From assembly GCF_000016745.1 (NCBI RefSeq), contig NC_009483.1:2610001-2642000 (forward strand): a DNA stretch of 32,000 nt. The letters run 5' to 3'. The stretch comes from Geotalea uraniireducens Rf4. GTDB taxonomy: Bacteria > Desulfobacterota > Desulfuromonadia > Geobacterales > Geobacteraceae. The position numbers and the translations under genes were made by a program. The notes under the pieces were generated by a model. That model had not been told where the DNA came from, did no database searches, and saw only the letters and a program-made list of their open reading frames with translations. This document shows positions 1-8,885 of the stretch, piece after piece; positions within the stretch are counted from its first letter, which is position 1, and each line of letters opens with the position of its first letter.

Positions 1-263
1 AGCATCTTCGATTTGATCTGGATGAGGGTCGCTGCCATGACCAGGAATTCACCGGCTATATCAAGATTGAGATCCTTCATCAGGTCGATATAATCCAGAT
101 ACTGCCTGGTGATGGCGGCAATGGGGATGTTATAGATATCCACCTCATTCTTCTTAATGAGATGAAGAAGGAGGTCGAGCGGGCCTTCAAACTCTTCAAT
201 ACTTACCTGGTAAGCATGATCATAACCATCGGTAAACAACGAGTTTTGCTTGGCTGAATCCAT
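1..263 (-). CDS. scpA: segregation and condensation protein A (ScpA), N-terminal part; the rest lies beyond the window start
   Basis: Not in ORF track because it runs off the window. The reverse-strand ATG at 263-261 translates to [88 protein letters not shown], a typical ScpA kleisin N-terminus. Confidence 0.8.
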   Translation of the reverse strand, partial: MDSAKQNSLFTDGYDHAYQVSIEEFEGPLDLLLHLIKKNEVDIYNIPIAAITRQYLDYIDLMKDLNLDIAGEFLVMAATLIQIKSKM

Positions 264-281
264 GGGTGTGAGGTTACTCCG

Positions 282-323
282 TTTTCCTTTGTCCTCGGTC
301 CTTTATCCTCGGTCCTTCGTCCT
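282..323 (-). repeat. six phased heptamers (NNNTCCT on top strand; AGGANNN on the coding-sense strand) in the trpS-scpA spacer
   Basis: TCCT occurs at 285, 292, 299, 306, 313 and 320, exactly 7 nt apart. Sense RNA reads AGGACGA AGGACCG AGGAUAA AGGACCG AGGACAA AGGAAAA. Confidence 0.9.
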
Positions 324-331
324 GGGTTTGA

Positions 332-1315
332 TCACACCTTGAGGGCCGCCCTGACATCCTTCATGGTTTGGCCTGCTTCTTCCGTCGCCTTGTGCGCCCC
401 CTCGGCGAGAACATCCTCCACCAGGGACGGCGTGGCGGCAAGCTCCTCACGCTTGGCGCGGAACGGAGAAAGGGTATCGACAACGGACTGGGCAAGGATT
501 TTCTTGCAGTCCACGCATCCTATCTGTGCCCCGCGGCAGGAAGCGACGATCTCGGCCCGCTTCTCTTCGGCAACATAGAGGCTGTGGAGGGTAAAGGCCA
601 CGCAACGGTCCGGTTCACCCGGGTCGGTCCGCAACGGGCGCTGCACGTCGGTAACCATGGACATGACCTTTTTCCGCGTCTCTTCGGCGTTATCTGAGAG
701 GAAAATGGCGTTGCCGTAAGATTTGCTCATCTTGCGCCCGTCGAGCCCCAGCACTTTCGGGGTCTCCGTCAGAAGGGCCGCCGGCTCCGGAAACACCTCG
801 CCGTAGAGATAATTGAAGCGGCGGGCGATCTCCCGCGTAATCTCCAGATGGGGGATCTGGTCCTGGCCGACCGGTACCCGCGCCGCCTTGTAGACGATGA
901 TGTCCGAGGCCATCAGCACCGGATAGCCGAGGAAGCCGAAGGTGGACAGGTCCTTAGCCGTCAGGTTTTCCTGCATCTCCTTGTAGGTGGGATTGCGCTC
1001 CAGCCAGGAAACCGGCGTAATCATGGAGAGTATCAGGTTGAGCTCAGCATGCTGCGGCACCTGACTCTGGACGAAAATGGTGCTCTTTTCCGGGTCGATG
1101 CCGAATGCGAGCCAGTCGAGTACCATCTCGCGGATGCTGTCCCGGATACCCTCGGTATTGGCATATTCGGTGGTCAGGGAATGCCAGTCGGCAGCGAAGA
1201 AGAAACACTCGAACTCCTGCTGCAACTTCAACCAGTTGGAAAGGACCCCGTGAAAATGCCCGAGATGCAGCTTACCGGTTGGTCTCATACCACTGACAAT
1301 ACGCTTATTTTCCAT
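332..1315 (-). CDS. trpS: tryptophan--tRNA ligase
   Basis: 327-aa ORF with a class I aaRS HIGH-like motif (GKLHLGHFHG) and KMSKS (KMSKSYGN). The N-terminus is typical of TrpS. An SD (AAGGAG) lies 10 nt upstream. Confidence 0.95.
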   Translation of the reverse strand: MENKRIVSGMRPTGKLHLGHFHGVLSNWLKLQQEFECFFFAADWHSLTTEYANTEGIRDSIREMVLDWLAFGIDPEKSTIFVQSQVPQHAELNLILSMITPVSWLERNPTYKEMQENLTAKDLSTFGFLGYPVLMASDIIVYKAARVPVGQDQIPHLEITREIARRFNYLYGEVFPEPAALLTETPKVLGLDGRKMSKSYGNAIFLSDNAEETRKKVMSMVTDVQRPLRTDPGEPDRCVAFTLHSLYVAEEKRAEIVASCRGAQIGCVDCKKILAQSVVDTLSPFRAKREELAATPSLVEDVLAEGAHKATEEAGQTMKDVRAALKV

Positions 1316-1438
1316 TTAATAGAGACTCCTTTTCAGTAGTTGTCCAAAGCAGGGTACGTCACTACCATCCACCATCCACCATCCACCATCCACCATCCAC
1401 CATCCACCATCCACCATCCACCATCCACCGCCGACCAT
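1316..1438 (-). promoter_or_regulatory. candidate leader uORF (40 codons, 6 Trp codons as three WW pairs) whose TAA stop abuts the trpS ATG
   Basis: Hand translation from the AUG at 1438 gives MVG(GGWWMVD)x3[16 protein letters not shown], then stop at 1318-1316. The trpS ATG is at 1315-1313. Too short for the ORF track. Confidence 0.3.
1365..1427. repeat. perfect tandem heptamer array (CCATCCA)x9, read as (TGGATGG)x9 on the trpS-sense strand
   Basis: Nine identical 7-bp units counted directly. A GCGGTAAAG x2 direct repeat (sense strand) flanks it at 1442-1459. Confidence 0.95.
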
Positions 1439-1456
1439 CGACCGCCTTTACCGCCT

Positions 1457-2137
1457 TTACCGCATCATAAGCCGGGTGACGCTGAACACCAGGCTGCTCT
1501 GCGGGCCGGCAAGGAAATGAACTCCCATGCTCAATATGGGCGAAATCACATAGCTGAAAATATCGGTAAAAAATACCAGAACTATGATGATTATCATGCC
1601 GAACGGCTCTATCCGGGAATAGGCAACGGACTGGCGATATGGGAGAAGGCCGACGGCAACGCGCCCGCCGTCCAGCGGCGGCACCGGAATAAGGTTGAAG
1701 ATGGCCAGGAGCAGGTTGATGTAGACCGAAAAGGCGAGCATCAGGGCGATCGGTTCAACGAACACCTGGAATAACGGTACAGCAGCACCATTCACACTGA
1801 CTGCGGCAATGCCGCGCAAGGCCATGGCCGAAACGGCGGCCAGGATGAAGTTGGTAATGGGACCTGCCGCGGCAACCCAGATCATGTCCCGCTTCGGGTG
1901 GCGGAGATTGTTGAAGTTTACCGGCACCGGCTTTGCCCAGCCGATACCGACGATGAAAATCATCAGCGTGCCGAATATATCCAGGTGCTTGAGGGGGTTC
2001 AGCGTCAGCCGCCCCATGTAGCGGGCGGTGTTGTCGCCGAATTTGTCGGCCACGAAACCGTGGGAAACCTCGTGGCAGGTGATGGCCATCAGTGCCGGGA
2101 CCAGCATGATCGACAGCTTGAGAAAAAATTGTTCCAT
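1457..2137 (-). CDS. site-2 protease family (peptidase M50) membrane metalloprotease
   Basis: HExxH motif (CHEVSHG) in a polytopic hydrophobic protein. The start at MEQFFLK (2137) is preferred because of an AGGAAA-like SD. The ORF track's alternative start is 2164. Confidence 0.85.
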   Translation of the reverse strand: MEQFFLKLSIMLVPALMAITCHEVSHGFVADKFGDNTARYMGRLTLNPLKHLDIFGTLMIFIVGIGWAKPVPVNFNNLRHPKRDMIWVAAAGPITNFILAAVSAMALRGIAAVSVNGAAVPLFQVFVEPIALMLAFSVYINLLLAIFNLIPVPPLDGGRVAVGLLPYRQSVAYSRIEPFGMIIIIVLVFFTDIFSYVISPILSMGVHFLAGPQSSLVFSVTRLMMR

Positions 2138-2342
2138 GTATTTCCTTGTGTAAAATAGTAGCAACGGATTGCATGCAGCCTGTTTTTCTAACAGATTAGG
2201 GGAGGAAAGTCAACGACGGCACTCTGCCCGGCCCGTGGAACGCCATCGGGAACCAGCGGCGCATCATGAAAGAAATTTTGCTTGCCCCTTCCAAGGAAAA
2301 AGTGTATCCCATATGCCTTTCTAAAATAAGGATGGTAACTGA

Positions 2343-4616
2343 ATGACACTGACTGAACAACAACTCTCGCGCATCCTCGGCGTGCTGGTCGAAGAGACAG
2401 GACTTTCCGCCGTGCAGGTGACGAACACCGTGACACTCCTCCGTGAGGGAGCCACTGTCCCGTTTATCGCCCGTTACCGCAAAGAACTCACCCATGAGCT
2501 GGACGAGGTGCAGATCCGCCAGATCGAGGACCAGCTGACCTACTACTCTGAGCTGGAAGAACGGAAAGTCACGGTTCTCAAGACCATTGCCGATCAGGGG
2601 AAGCTCACGTCGGAGCTGCAGGCACGCATCGAGACAACCAGGCAGAAAACGGAACTGGAGGACCTCTACCTCCCCTACAAACCGAAACGGCGCACCAAGG
2701 CGACCATCGCCAGGGAACGGGGACTGGAGCCGCTGGCGGACATTGTTGCCGCCCAGGAGATGACCTCAGGCGCCCCGGAAGAAGCGGCCGCACCCTATAT
2801 CGACCCGGAAAAGGACGTGCCGGATGCCGCCGCGGCACTGGAGGGGGCCGGCCACATTCTCGCCGAACGGCTCAGCGAAGACGCCGATGCACGTGCATTC
2901 GTCCGCCGGATAACCGGCGAGCAGGGAATATTCTCTTCCAGGGTGGCGCCGGACAAGAAAGCGACCGTCAGCAAGTTCGAGATGTACTACGACTACCAGG
3001 AACCGATGAAGACCATCCCGTCCCACCGCATGCTGGCCATGCGCCGCGGAGAAAAGGAAGAGGTCCTCTACCTCTCGATTCTCGCACCTGTGGAGGAGAT
3101 ACTGGCCGGGCTGAAAGCCAGGCTGATCAAGGGGGACAGCATCTTTCGCCCCATCATCGAAGGGGTTGCCGAAGACGCCTACAGGCGGCTCATCGCCCCT
3201 TCAATCGAGGTTGAACTCCGCCTTGAGGCAAAAAACCGCGCAGACGAGGCTGCCATTGCGGTCTTCGCCGAAAACCTGAAGAACCTGCTCCTCCTCCCCC
3301 CAGCAGGAAGCAAACGGGTGCTGGGGATCGATCCGGGCCTGCGCACCGGTTCCAAGCTGGCAGCGGTGGATGAAACCGGCCGATTCCTTTCCCACTGCAC
3401 CATCTATCCCCATACGGGGAGCAGCAACGTCGAACCGGCAAAGAGGGAGCTTTTGCGCATTATCGACAGCAACCGGTGCGAGATCATCGCCGTCGGCAAC
3501 GGCACTGCCGGCCGGGAAATGGAGCTGTTCGCGCGCCAGACACTCACCGAGGCGGGCCTGAGATTGCCGGTCGTCGTGGTCAACGAGGCCGGGGCGAGCA
3601 TTTACTCCGCTTCGGATATTGCCCGGGAAGAGTTTCCCGAGCTGGACCTGACCGTCCGCGGCGCCATCTCCATTGCCAGGCGACTGCAAGACCCGCTGGC
3701 GGAACTGGTGAAGATAGATCCCAAGAGCATCGGTGTAGGCCAGTACCAGCACGACGTCAACCAGAACGCGCTGAAAAAGGCCCTCGACGCTGTGGTCGAA
3801 TCGTGCGTCAACTACGTGGGGGTTGACCTCAACACCGCCTCCTGGGCGCTCCTTTCCTACGTTTCGGGGCTCAACGAAAGCCAGGCGCAGGCCATCGTCC
3901 GCTTTCGTGACGAGCATGGCCTCTTCCCATCACGCCAGGCACTGCTGAAAGTCGCCCGCTTCGGTCCCAAGGCCTTTGAACAGGCGGCCGGGTTCCTACG
4001 CATCCGTAACGGCGCGAATCCCCTGGACAACACCGCTGTTCATCCGGAGAATTACCCGGTTGTAGAGACCATGGCCACAGACCTTCAAACCACGGTGGCC
4101 CGGATGGTGAGCGATCCATCACTGGCGAGCCGTATAGATCTCAAGCGTTACGTCAGCGACAGCGTGGGACTCCCCACCCTGCGGGACATTCTGGAAGAGT
4201 TGAAAAAACCGGGTCGCGACCCCAGGGCCCAGTTCCAGACGGCTACCCTGCGCGAAGATGTAACCGAACTGGGCGATTTACAGGAAGGAATGATCCTCCA
4301 GGGGACCGTAACCAATGTCACCGCCTTCGGCGCCTTTGTCGATATCGGCGTTCATCAGGATGGGCTGGTACATGTCAGCCACCTGGCGCAACGTTTTGTC
4401 AAAGATCCGAATGAAGCGGTTAAAGTAGGACAGATAGTCAAGGTGAAGGTTCTTTCCGTTGACCTGCAACGCAAGCGCATCGCCCTCTCAATCAAAGAAG
4501 CCGAACCGGCAAACGGCGGACAGGTAAAGCATGCTCCCAAACCGGAGGCGGCTAAAAAACCAGGAAGCGTGGATATGAGCGCGTGGGAAAAGGCGGGATT
4601 TCGGGTCAGGAAGTAG
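2343..4616 (+). CDS. tex: Tex-like transcription accessory protein (YqgF/RuvC-like fold, HhH, C-terminal S1 domain)
   Basis: 757-aa ORF. It has the N-terminal IARYRKELT motif and a C-terminal S1 domain (GTVTNVTAFGAFVDIGVHQDGLVHVS). Confidence 0.9.
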   Translation: MTLTEQQLSRILGVLVEETGLSAVQVTNTVTLLREGATVPFIARYRKELTHELDEVQIRQIEDQLTYYSELEERKVTVLKTIADQGKLTSELQARIETTRQKTELEDLYLPYKPKRRTKATIARERGLEPLADIVAAQEMTSGAPEEAAAPYIDPEKDVPDAAAALEGAGHILAERLSEDADARAFVRRITGEQGIFSSRVAPDKKATVSKFEMYYDYQEPMKTIPSHRMLAMRRGEKEEVLYLSILAPVEEILAGLKARLIKGDSIFRPIIEGVAEDAYRRLIAPSIEVELRLEAKNRADEAAIAVFAENLKNLLLLPPAGSKRVLGIDPGLRTGSKLAAVDETGRFLSHCTIYPHTGSSNVEPAKRELLRIIDSNRCEIIAVGNGTAGREMELFARQTLTEAGLRLPVVVVNEAGASIYSASDIAREEFPELDLTVRGAISIARRLQDPLAELVKIDPKSIGVGQYQHDVNQNALKKALDAVVESCVNYVGVDLNTASWALLSYVSGLNESQAQAIVRFRDEHGLFPSRQALLKVARFGPKAFEQAAGFLRIRNGANPLDNTAVHPENYPVVETMATDLQTTVARMVSDPSLASRIDLKRYVSDSVGLPTLRDILEELKKPGRDPRAQFQTATLREDVTELGDLQEGMILQGTVTNVTAFGAFVDIGVHQDGLVHVSHLAQRFVKDPNEAVKVGQIVKVKVLSVDLQRKRIALSIKEAEPANGGQVKHAPKPEAAKKPGSVDMSAWEKAGFRVRK

Positions 4617-4637
4617 GAAAAAACAAGGTGTTATCAG

Positions 4638-4676
4638 AAAAAGAGCAGTCTGCCGTCAGGCAGGCTGCTCTTTTTA
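4638..4676. terminator. bidirectional Rho-independent terminator between convergent tex and the 4699-5139 gene
   Basis: Stem AGAGCAGTCTGCC / GGCAGGCTGCTCT (one G-T wobble), flanked by an A-run on the left and a T-run on the right. Confidence 0.65.
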
Positions 4677-4698
4677 ATTTACGGACAAGCTCTTAGTA

Positions 4699-5139
4699 TC
4701 AGTTGCAGCGCAGCAGCTTTCTCCCCGCCTCGAAGAGAACCTCCATCTTGTTCTCAGACAGGGCACTGACTCTGCCGACACCGAATACCGGATGATTCAC
4801 CAGGGAGTTGACACGAAAGCTGCCGTTCATGTCATAGGCCACCGCTTTGTTCATGTCCATGGATTTACTGAGCATTTCCCATTCTTCACGGTCGGCGAGC
4901 TCCGGGTCTCGCCTTGTTTTCGGCCGTGCCGACGCAGACGTTTTTACTGCCGCCGTCCGTTTGGAAGCGGCAGTTTCCGTTTTTTGCGGACGATAGTTAT
5001 GCTCACTGCCGCACGTGTTGCATTTGACCCGGACAACCCGTCCTTCCACCATGGCAACGATTGTATGGTTCAGGACAACCTTGCACTTGGTGCACATCGA
5101 TTCGATTTCATTCCCTGCGGCTAATGCTCTTCTAATCAT
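4699..5139 (-). CDS. hypothetical zinc-ribbon protein with a basic linker and a C-terminal small beta-domain
   Basis: 146-aa ORF with CxxC...CxxC (CTKCK...CNTCG). The C-terminal NHPVFGVGRV...VLFEAGRKLL resembles Tudor/SH3-like PcrA/UvrD C-terminal or DUF3553-type domains, judged by eye only. An AGAGGA SD is present. Confidence 0.6.
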   Translation of the reverse strand: MIRRALAAGNEIESMCTKCKVVLNHTIVAMVEGRVVRVKCNTCGSEHNYRPQKTETAASKRTAAVKTSASARPKTRRDPELADREEWEMLSKSMDMNKAVAYDMNGSFRVNSLVNHPVFGVGRVSALSENKMEVLFEAGRKLLRCN

Positions 5140-5170
5140 CGGTCAATTCCTCTTTTTGAATAAGCTCAAC

Positions 5171-5203
5171 GAAAAAGGGTTTAACCTGTTTCAGGCTAAA
5201 CCC
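5171..5203 (-). terminator. Rho-independent terminator-like hairpin on the minus strand
   Basis: Stem GGGTTTAACCT / AGGCTAAACCC (one mismatch), followed on the minus strand by UUUUU. It lies 16 nt downstream of the tRNA-like remnant and 32 nt upstream of the 5139 start. Confidence 0.45.
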
Positions 5204-5218
5204 TGTTAATTAAGGAAA

Positions 5219-5242
5219 TGTTGCGAGAGAGGAGGGTCGAAG
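5219..5242 (-). other. degenerate tRNA 3'-end remnant (candidate distal att repeat of an island inserted at tRNA-Leu)
   Basis: TGTTGCGAGAGAGGAGGGTCGAAG compared with the tRNA-Leu 3' end at 8934 (TGGTGCGAGATGGGAGACTTGAAC). About 17 of 23 positions match, including the acceptor arm TGCGAGA. Confidence 0.35.
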
Positions 5243-5484
5243 ATATGAAGGCGACACTATCCCCTAACACACTGTAATTACGTCACTACCTAGCTGCCTA
5301 TGGTTTATTCAGTTGTACGGTTCCATATAATATGGGGCAAAGTTTTTGGAAAACAAAACAGCATTAAGCATCTATGTATATAGCATTAATTTCAGCAGAT
5401 AACAACCCCCAACTCGCATTAACTGCATAGTTTCTTATCCTGGGCTGCCTGACGGAAACCACATCATGGTAATGCTGCGGCAAT

Positions 5485-5526
5485 AAAAAAAATGGGTGCA
5501 GCGAGCCGATAACGGCAAGTGCACCC
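5485..5526 (-). terminator. Rho-independent terminator of the PKD-repeat lipoprotein gene
   Basis: Stem GGGTGCA / TGCACCC with a 19-nt loop, followed on the minus strand by a run of 8 U. Confidence 0.55.
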
Positions 5527-5585
5527 TATGCTAAAGATATTATGTGCTGCTGAAGGATATGCCCATCAGCAAGCAGCAAGAGGTG

Positions 5586-8500
5586 TTAATTTGTCCAACT
5601 GACAGAAACAGTGCCGTGGGAAGCATAATCGTTATAAACTGTAAAAACACTTCCTGTTACAGGGTCGGTCAAGAAATAGGTAAACCGTAGACCCTTGTCC
5701 AAGTTATCTGAATTCAGGGCAAATTCAAGACTTATACTTTCACCGGCTCTTAACTGACCACCGTTCAACAAGGAAGTATCAATTGTATAACGTAATACTA
5801 TACCAGCAGCAGATAGTTCTGCGCGGTTGAGATAAAAGGTTTCACTTGACTTATTGGTAATCGACATTTTGAATTTTGTCCCGGGTTGCAAATATCCATT
5901 AATGCTTGTTCCACTCGATGAAGCAATTTTACTGAATAATTGAATAACATTAGTGGTAGCGTTTATGGATATTATTGCTGCCGTGCTATCTACTTTGCCA
6001 TCATTTACTTTCAAATTCAGCACGTATGTTCCATCAACATCGGCTGTAAATGACGGATTAACAACATTGCTATTTGATAATGTGGCATTACTGCCGGCCG
6101 GTATTGATGTGAAGGCCCAGCTGAATGTCAAAGGATCACCATTTGCATCGCTGCTGCCACTACCATTAAGAGACACGACTGTGCCAGTTCTTACACTTGA
6201 ACCAGATGCGGTTGCTTTTGCCACAGGAGCAGCATTGGGTGTCGAGGCGTTTATCACAACCGTTGAAGAGGTACTATTGACTTTACCATCATTGACTACA
6301 AGCTTGAGGACGTATGCACCTGCGATATCAGCTGTAAAAGAGGGTTTTACATCCGTAGAGCTTGATAACGCAGCGGTACTGCCGGTCGGTTTGGATGTGA
6401 ACGTCCAACTGTACGTGAGCGGATCGTTGTTGGCGTCACTGCTGCCGCTGCCGTCAAGGGTTACCAGGGTGCCGACCAATACGTTTTGTATACTGCCGGC
6501 GTTGGCTACCGGCGGGGCATTCGGATAACTGGCATTTATTGTAACAAAGACAGGACTACTACTTTCATTGCCATCGTTAACAACAAGAGTCAGAACATAC
6601 GTTCCTGTCACATCAGCAGTAAAAACGGGGTTGACGATTGAGCCATCCGATAGAGCTGCAGTGCTCCCGGCAGGCTTTGAGGCAAACGACCAGCTGTATG
6701 TCAGCAAATCATTGTTGGCATCGCTGCTGCCGCTGCCATCAAGAGTGACAAGACTGCCCGTCAACACGTTTTGTGTATTGCCAGCGTTGGCTACCGGCGC
6801 AACATTCGGGCTGCTGGCATTTATTGTAACGGATACTGGTTCACTATTTACGTTGCCATCGTTAACGACAAGATTCAGAACGTAAGTCCCCGTAACATCT
6901 GCCGTAATGTATGGATTAACAATTGCGGCATCGGATAAAATGGCGGTGCTGCCCGCTGGTTTTGATGTAAACGACCAGCTATAAGTCAGCAAATCGCCAT
7001 CTGCGTCGCTGCTTTTACTGCCATCCAAAGCAACTATCGTCCCTGTGAGCACATTCTGGGTTGTGCTTGCGTTGGCTACCGGAACTGAATTTGCCTTTGC
7101 AGCATTAATAGTAACCGTTGCAGCGGTACTATCTACTTTACCATCATTAACGATCAGATTGAGAACGTATGCGCCTTCTATATCTGCGGTAAAGGTCGGA
7201 TTAACAATTGTAGCATCGGACAATACCGCGTTACTCCCGTCGGGTTTGGATACGAACGCCCATTTGTATGTTAATAAATCGCCATCGGCATCGCTGCTTT
7301 TACTGCCATCCAAAGTAATTGCAATGCCAGCTCTTACATTCTGTGTAATACCGGCATCAGCAACCGGCACAGAATTAGTCAACGCGATTTCTGCATTGAC
7401 AGTAACTGTTGCAACTGCACTGTCGACTATACCATCATTGACAACCAGATTCAGTACGTATGCTCCGGCCAAATCCGCAGTAAAGGTCGGATTAACAATT
7501 GTAGCATCGGACAATACAGCGTTACTCCCGTCAGGCTTGGATGCAAAGGACCAGCTGTAAGCAATCAAGTCACCGTCTGCATCGCTGCTCTTACTGCCAT
7601 CCAAAGTAATTTTAGTATTGATTTTTACATTCTGCGTAATTCCGGCATCCGCCAGCGGCACTGAATTTGCCCTTGCTGCGTTTGCGTTGATGGTAACCGT
7701 TGCAGATGTACTGTTTGCTTTTCCGTCATTGACAACCAGATTCAGTACGTATGCTCCGACCAAATCCACAGTAAAGGTCGGATTGACGACCTTGTCGTTA
7801 GACAGTGTTGCATTGCTTCCCTCGGGTTTCGATGTGAACGACCAACTATAAGAAAGTAAATCTCCATTTGCGTCGCTACTTTTGCTTCCATCCAGGGTAA
7901 CAACTGCGCCGGTCAGCACATTTTGATTAGTTCCAGCATCTGCCAGTGGTACGGCATTTGGGAGTGATGCAGTAACTGTGACCGTTGCAGCTATACTACT
8001 AAGTTCGTCATCATTAACTGTCAGACTGAGGATATATTCTCCGGCTAAATCCGGTGTAAAGGTCGGATTAACGATGGTACCGTTTGACAAGACGGAATTG
8101 CTGCCGGCAGGCTTTGCAGATATCGACCAATTGTAGGTAATCAAATCATTGTCGGCATCACTGCTTTTACTGCCGTCCAACGTTACAAGATTATTTACGA
8201 CTACGTTTTGTGGTGGACCCGCATTTGAAACAGGAGCCGAATTTGTTATTGATGCGGTGATCGTGACTGTAGCTGGTGAGCTGTAAATTTGGCCGTCGTT
8301 CACAACAAGGCTGAGTACGTACGTACCAGGAAGATCAGGAATAAAAGTCGGATTGACAATTGTGGCAACTGAAAGAACTGAATTGCTGCCTGACGGCTTT
8401 GACACGAATGCCCAATTATAGGTGATCAATCTGCCGTCAGCCCCGGTACTGCGACTACCATCCAATGTAACGAGAGTACCAACTGGAACATTTTGTACGG

Positions 8501-8621
8501 GTCCCGCAATAGCTGCGGTTATTCTGTTGTTGGCCGCATTCCCGCCGCCTCCACCGCATGCAACAACTAAAGTCGATAAAATGCCGGCAAGCAATGCTAC
8601 TTTGAATGGTCGTAAAAACAT
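5586..8621 (-). CDS. large surface lipoprotein with nine tandem PKD/Ig-like repeats and a unique 121-aa C-terminal domain
   Basis: 1011-aa ORF. It has a signal peptide with a lipobox (LSTLVVAC-GGGGGN) and 9 repeats of ...QNVxxGxxVTLDGSxSSDAxGDxLTYxWxFxSKPxGS...VNPxFTADxxGxYVLxLVVNDG.... An AAGGAGGG SD is present. Confidence 0.85.
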   Translation of the reverse strand: MFLRPFKVALLAGILSTLVVACGGGGGNAANNRITAAIAGPVQNVPVGTLVTLDGSRSTGADGRLITYNWAFVSKPSGSNSVLSVATIVNPTFIPDLPGTYVLSLVVNDGQIYSSPATVTITASITNSAPVSNAGPPQNVVVNNLVTLDGSKSSDADNDLITYNWSISAKPAGSNSVLSNGTIVNPTFTPDLAGEYILSLTVNDDELSSIAATVTVTASLPNAVPLADAGTNQNVLTGAVVTLDGSKSSDANGDLLSYSWSFTSKPEGSNATLSNDKVVNPTFTVDLVGAYVLNLVVNDGKANSTSATVTINANAARANSVPLADAGITQNVKINTKITLDGSKSSDADGDLIAYSWSFASKPDGSNAVLSDATIVNPTFTADLAGAYVLNLVVNDGIVDSAVATVTVNAEIALTNSVPVADAGITQNVRAGIAITLDGSKSSDADGDLLTYKWAFVSKPDGSNAVLSDATIVNPTFTADIEGAYVLNLIVNDGKVDSTAATVTINAAKANSVPVANASTTQNVLTGTIVALDGSKSSDADGDLLTYSWSFTSKPAGSTAILSDAAIVNPYITADVTGTYVLNLVVNDGNVNSEPVSVTINASSPNVAPVANAGNTQNVLTGSLVTLDGSGSSDANNDLLTYSWSFASKPAGSTAALSDGSIVNPVFTADVTGTYVLTLVVNDGNESSSPVFVTINASYPNAPPVANAGSIQNVLVGTLVTLDGSGSSDANNDPLTYSWTFTSKPTGSTAALSSSTDVKPSFTADIAGAYVLKLVVNDGKVNSTSSTVVINASTPNAAPVAKATASGSSVRTGTVVSLNGSGSSDANGDPLTFSWAFTSIPAGSNATLSNSNVVNPSFTADVDGTYVLNLKVNDGKVDSTAAIISINATTNVIQLFSKIASSSGTSINGYLQPGTKFKMSITNKSSETFYLNRAELSAAGIVLRYTIDTSLLNGGQLRAGESISLEFALNSDNLDKGLRFTYFLTDPVTGSVFTVYNDYASHGTVSVSWTN
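5952..8520 (-). repeat. intragenic tandem coding repeats (about 270 bp, 9 copies)
   Basis: Nine LDGS/LNGS-centred units. Neighbouring units share long identical peptide stretches, for example SKPDGSNAVLSDATIVNPTFTAD. Confidence 0.85.
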
Positions 8622-8885
8622 AATTAACCCTCCTTATGAAATTACAAACTAAAGTGAACATATCGTACCACATCATTATTAACTGTCAATAATTAACGTA
8701 AGTTTATTTTACAATTTTGCATCGTAAATTTGACGAGGTTGAGTACATACTTCAACCCACTATTCCGGTTTTTTCCAACAAGGATCACAAGGTGAGCAGA
8801 AGGAGGGCGATGGTCCGGGTGTATAGACAGAATGCGGATTTATCGCAAGACAAGCATGACGAAATGAGAAGTGGGGCAACATCCG

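Noticed and set aside
1340-1774. Plus-strand ORF (144 aa) with TIHHPPS repeats
   Set aside because: The repeat peptide is just the translation of the (CCATCCA)x9 intergenic array. The remainder is antisense to the well-supported M50 protease gene. It is an artefact.
2188-2495. Minus-strand ORFs of 82 and 99 aa in the M50-tex divergent region
   Set aside because: They overlap the tex 5' end and the intergenic promoter region, have no SD and have Arg/Ser/Pro-rich composition typical of GC-rich off-frame ORFs.
5953-8652. Series of plus-strand ORFs (191, 105, 171, 77 and 76 aa) inside the PKD-repeat region
   Set aside because: They are antisense to a 1011-aa ORF that has a signal peptide, a lipobox and coherent domain repeats. 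The periodic open antisense frames result from the repetitive codon pattern.
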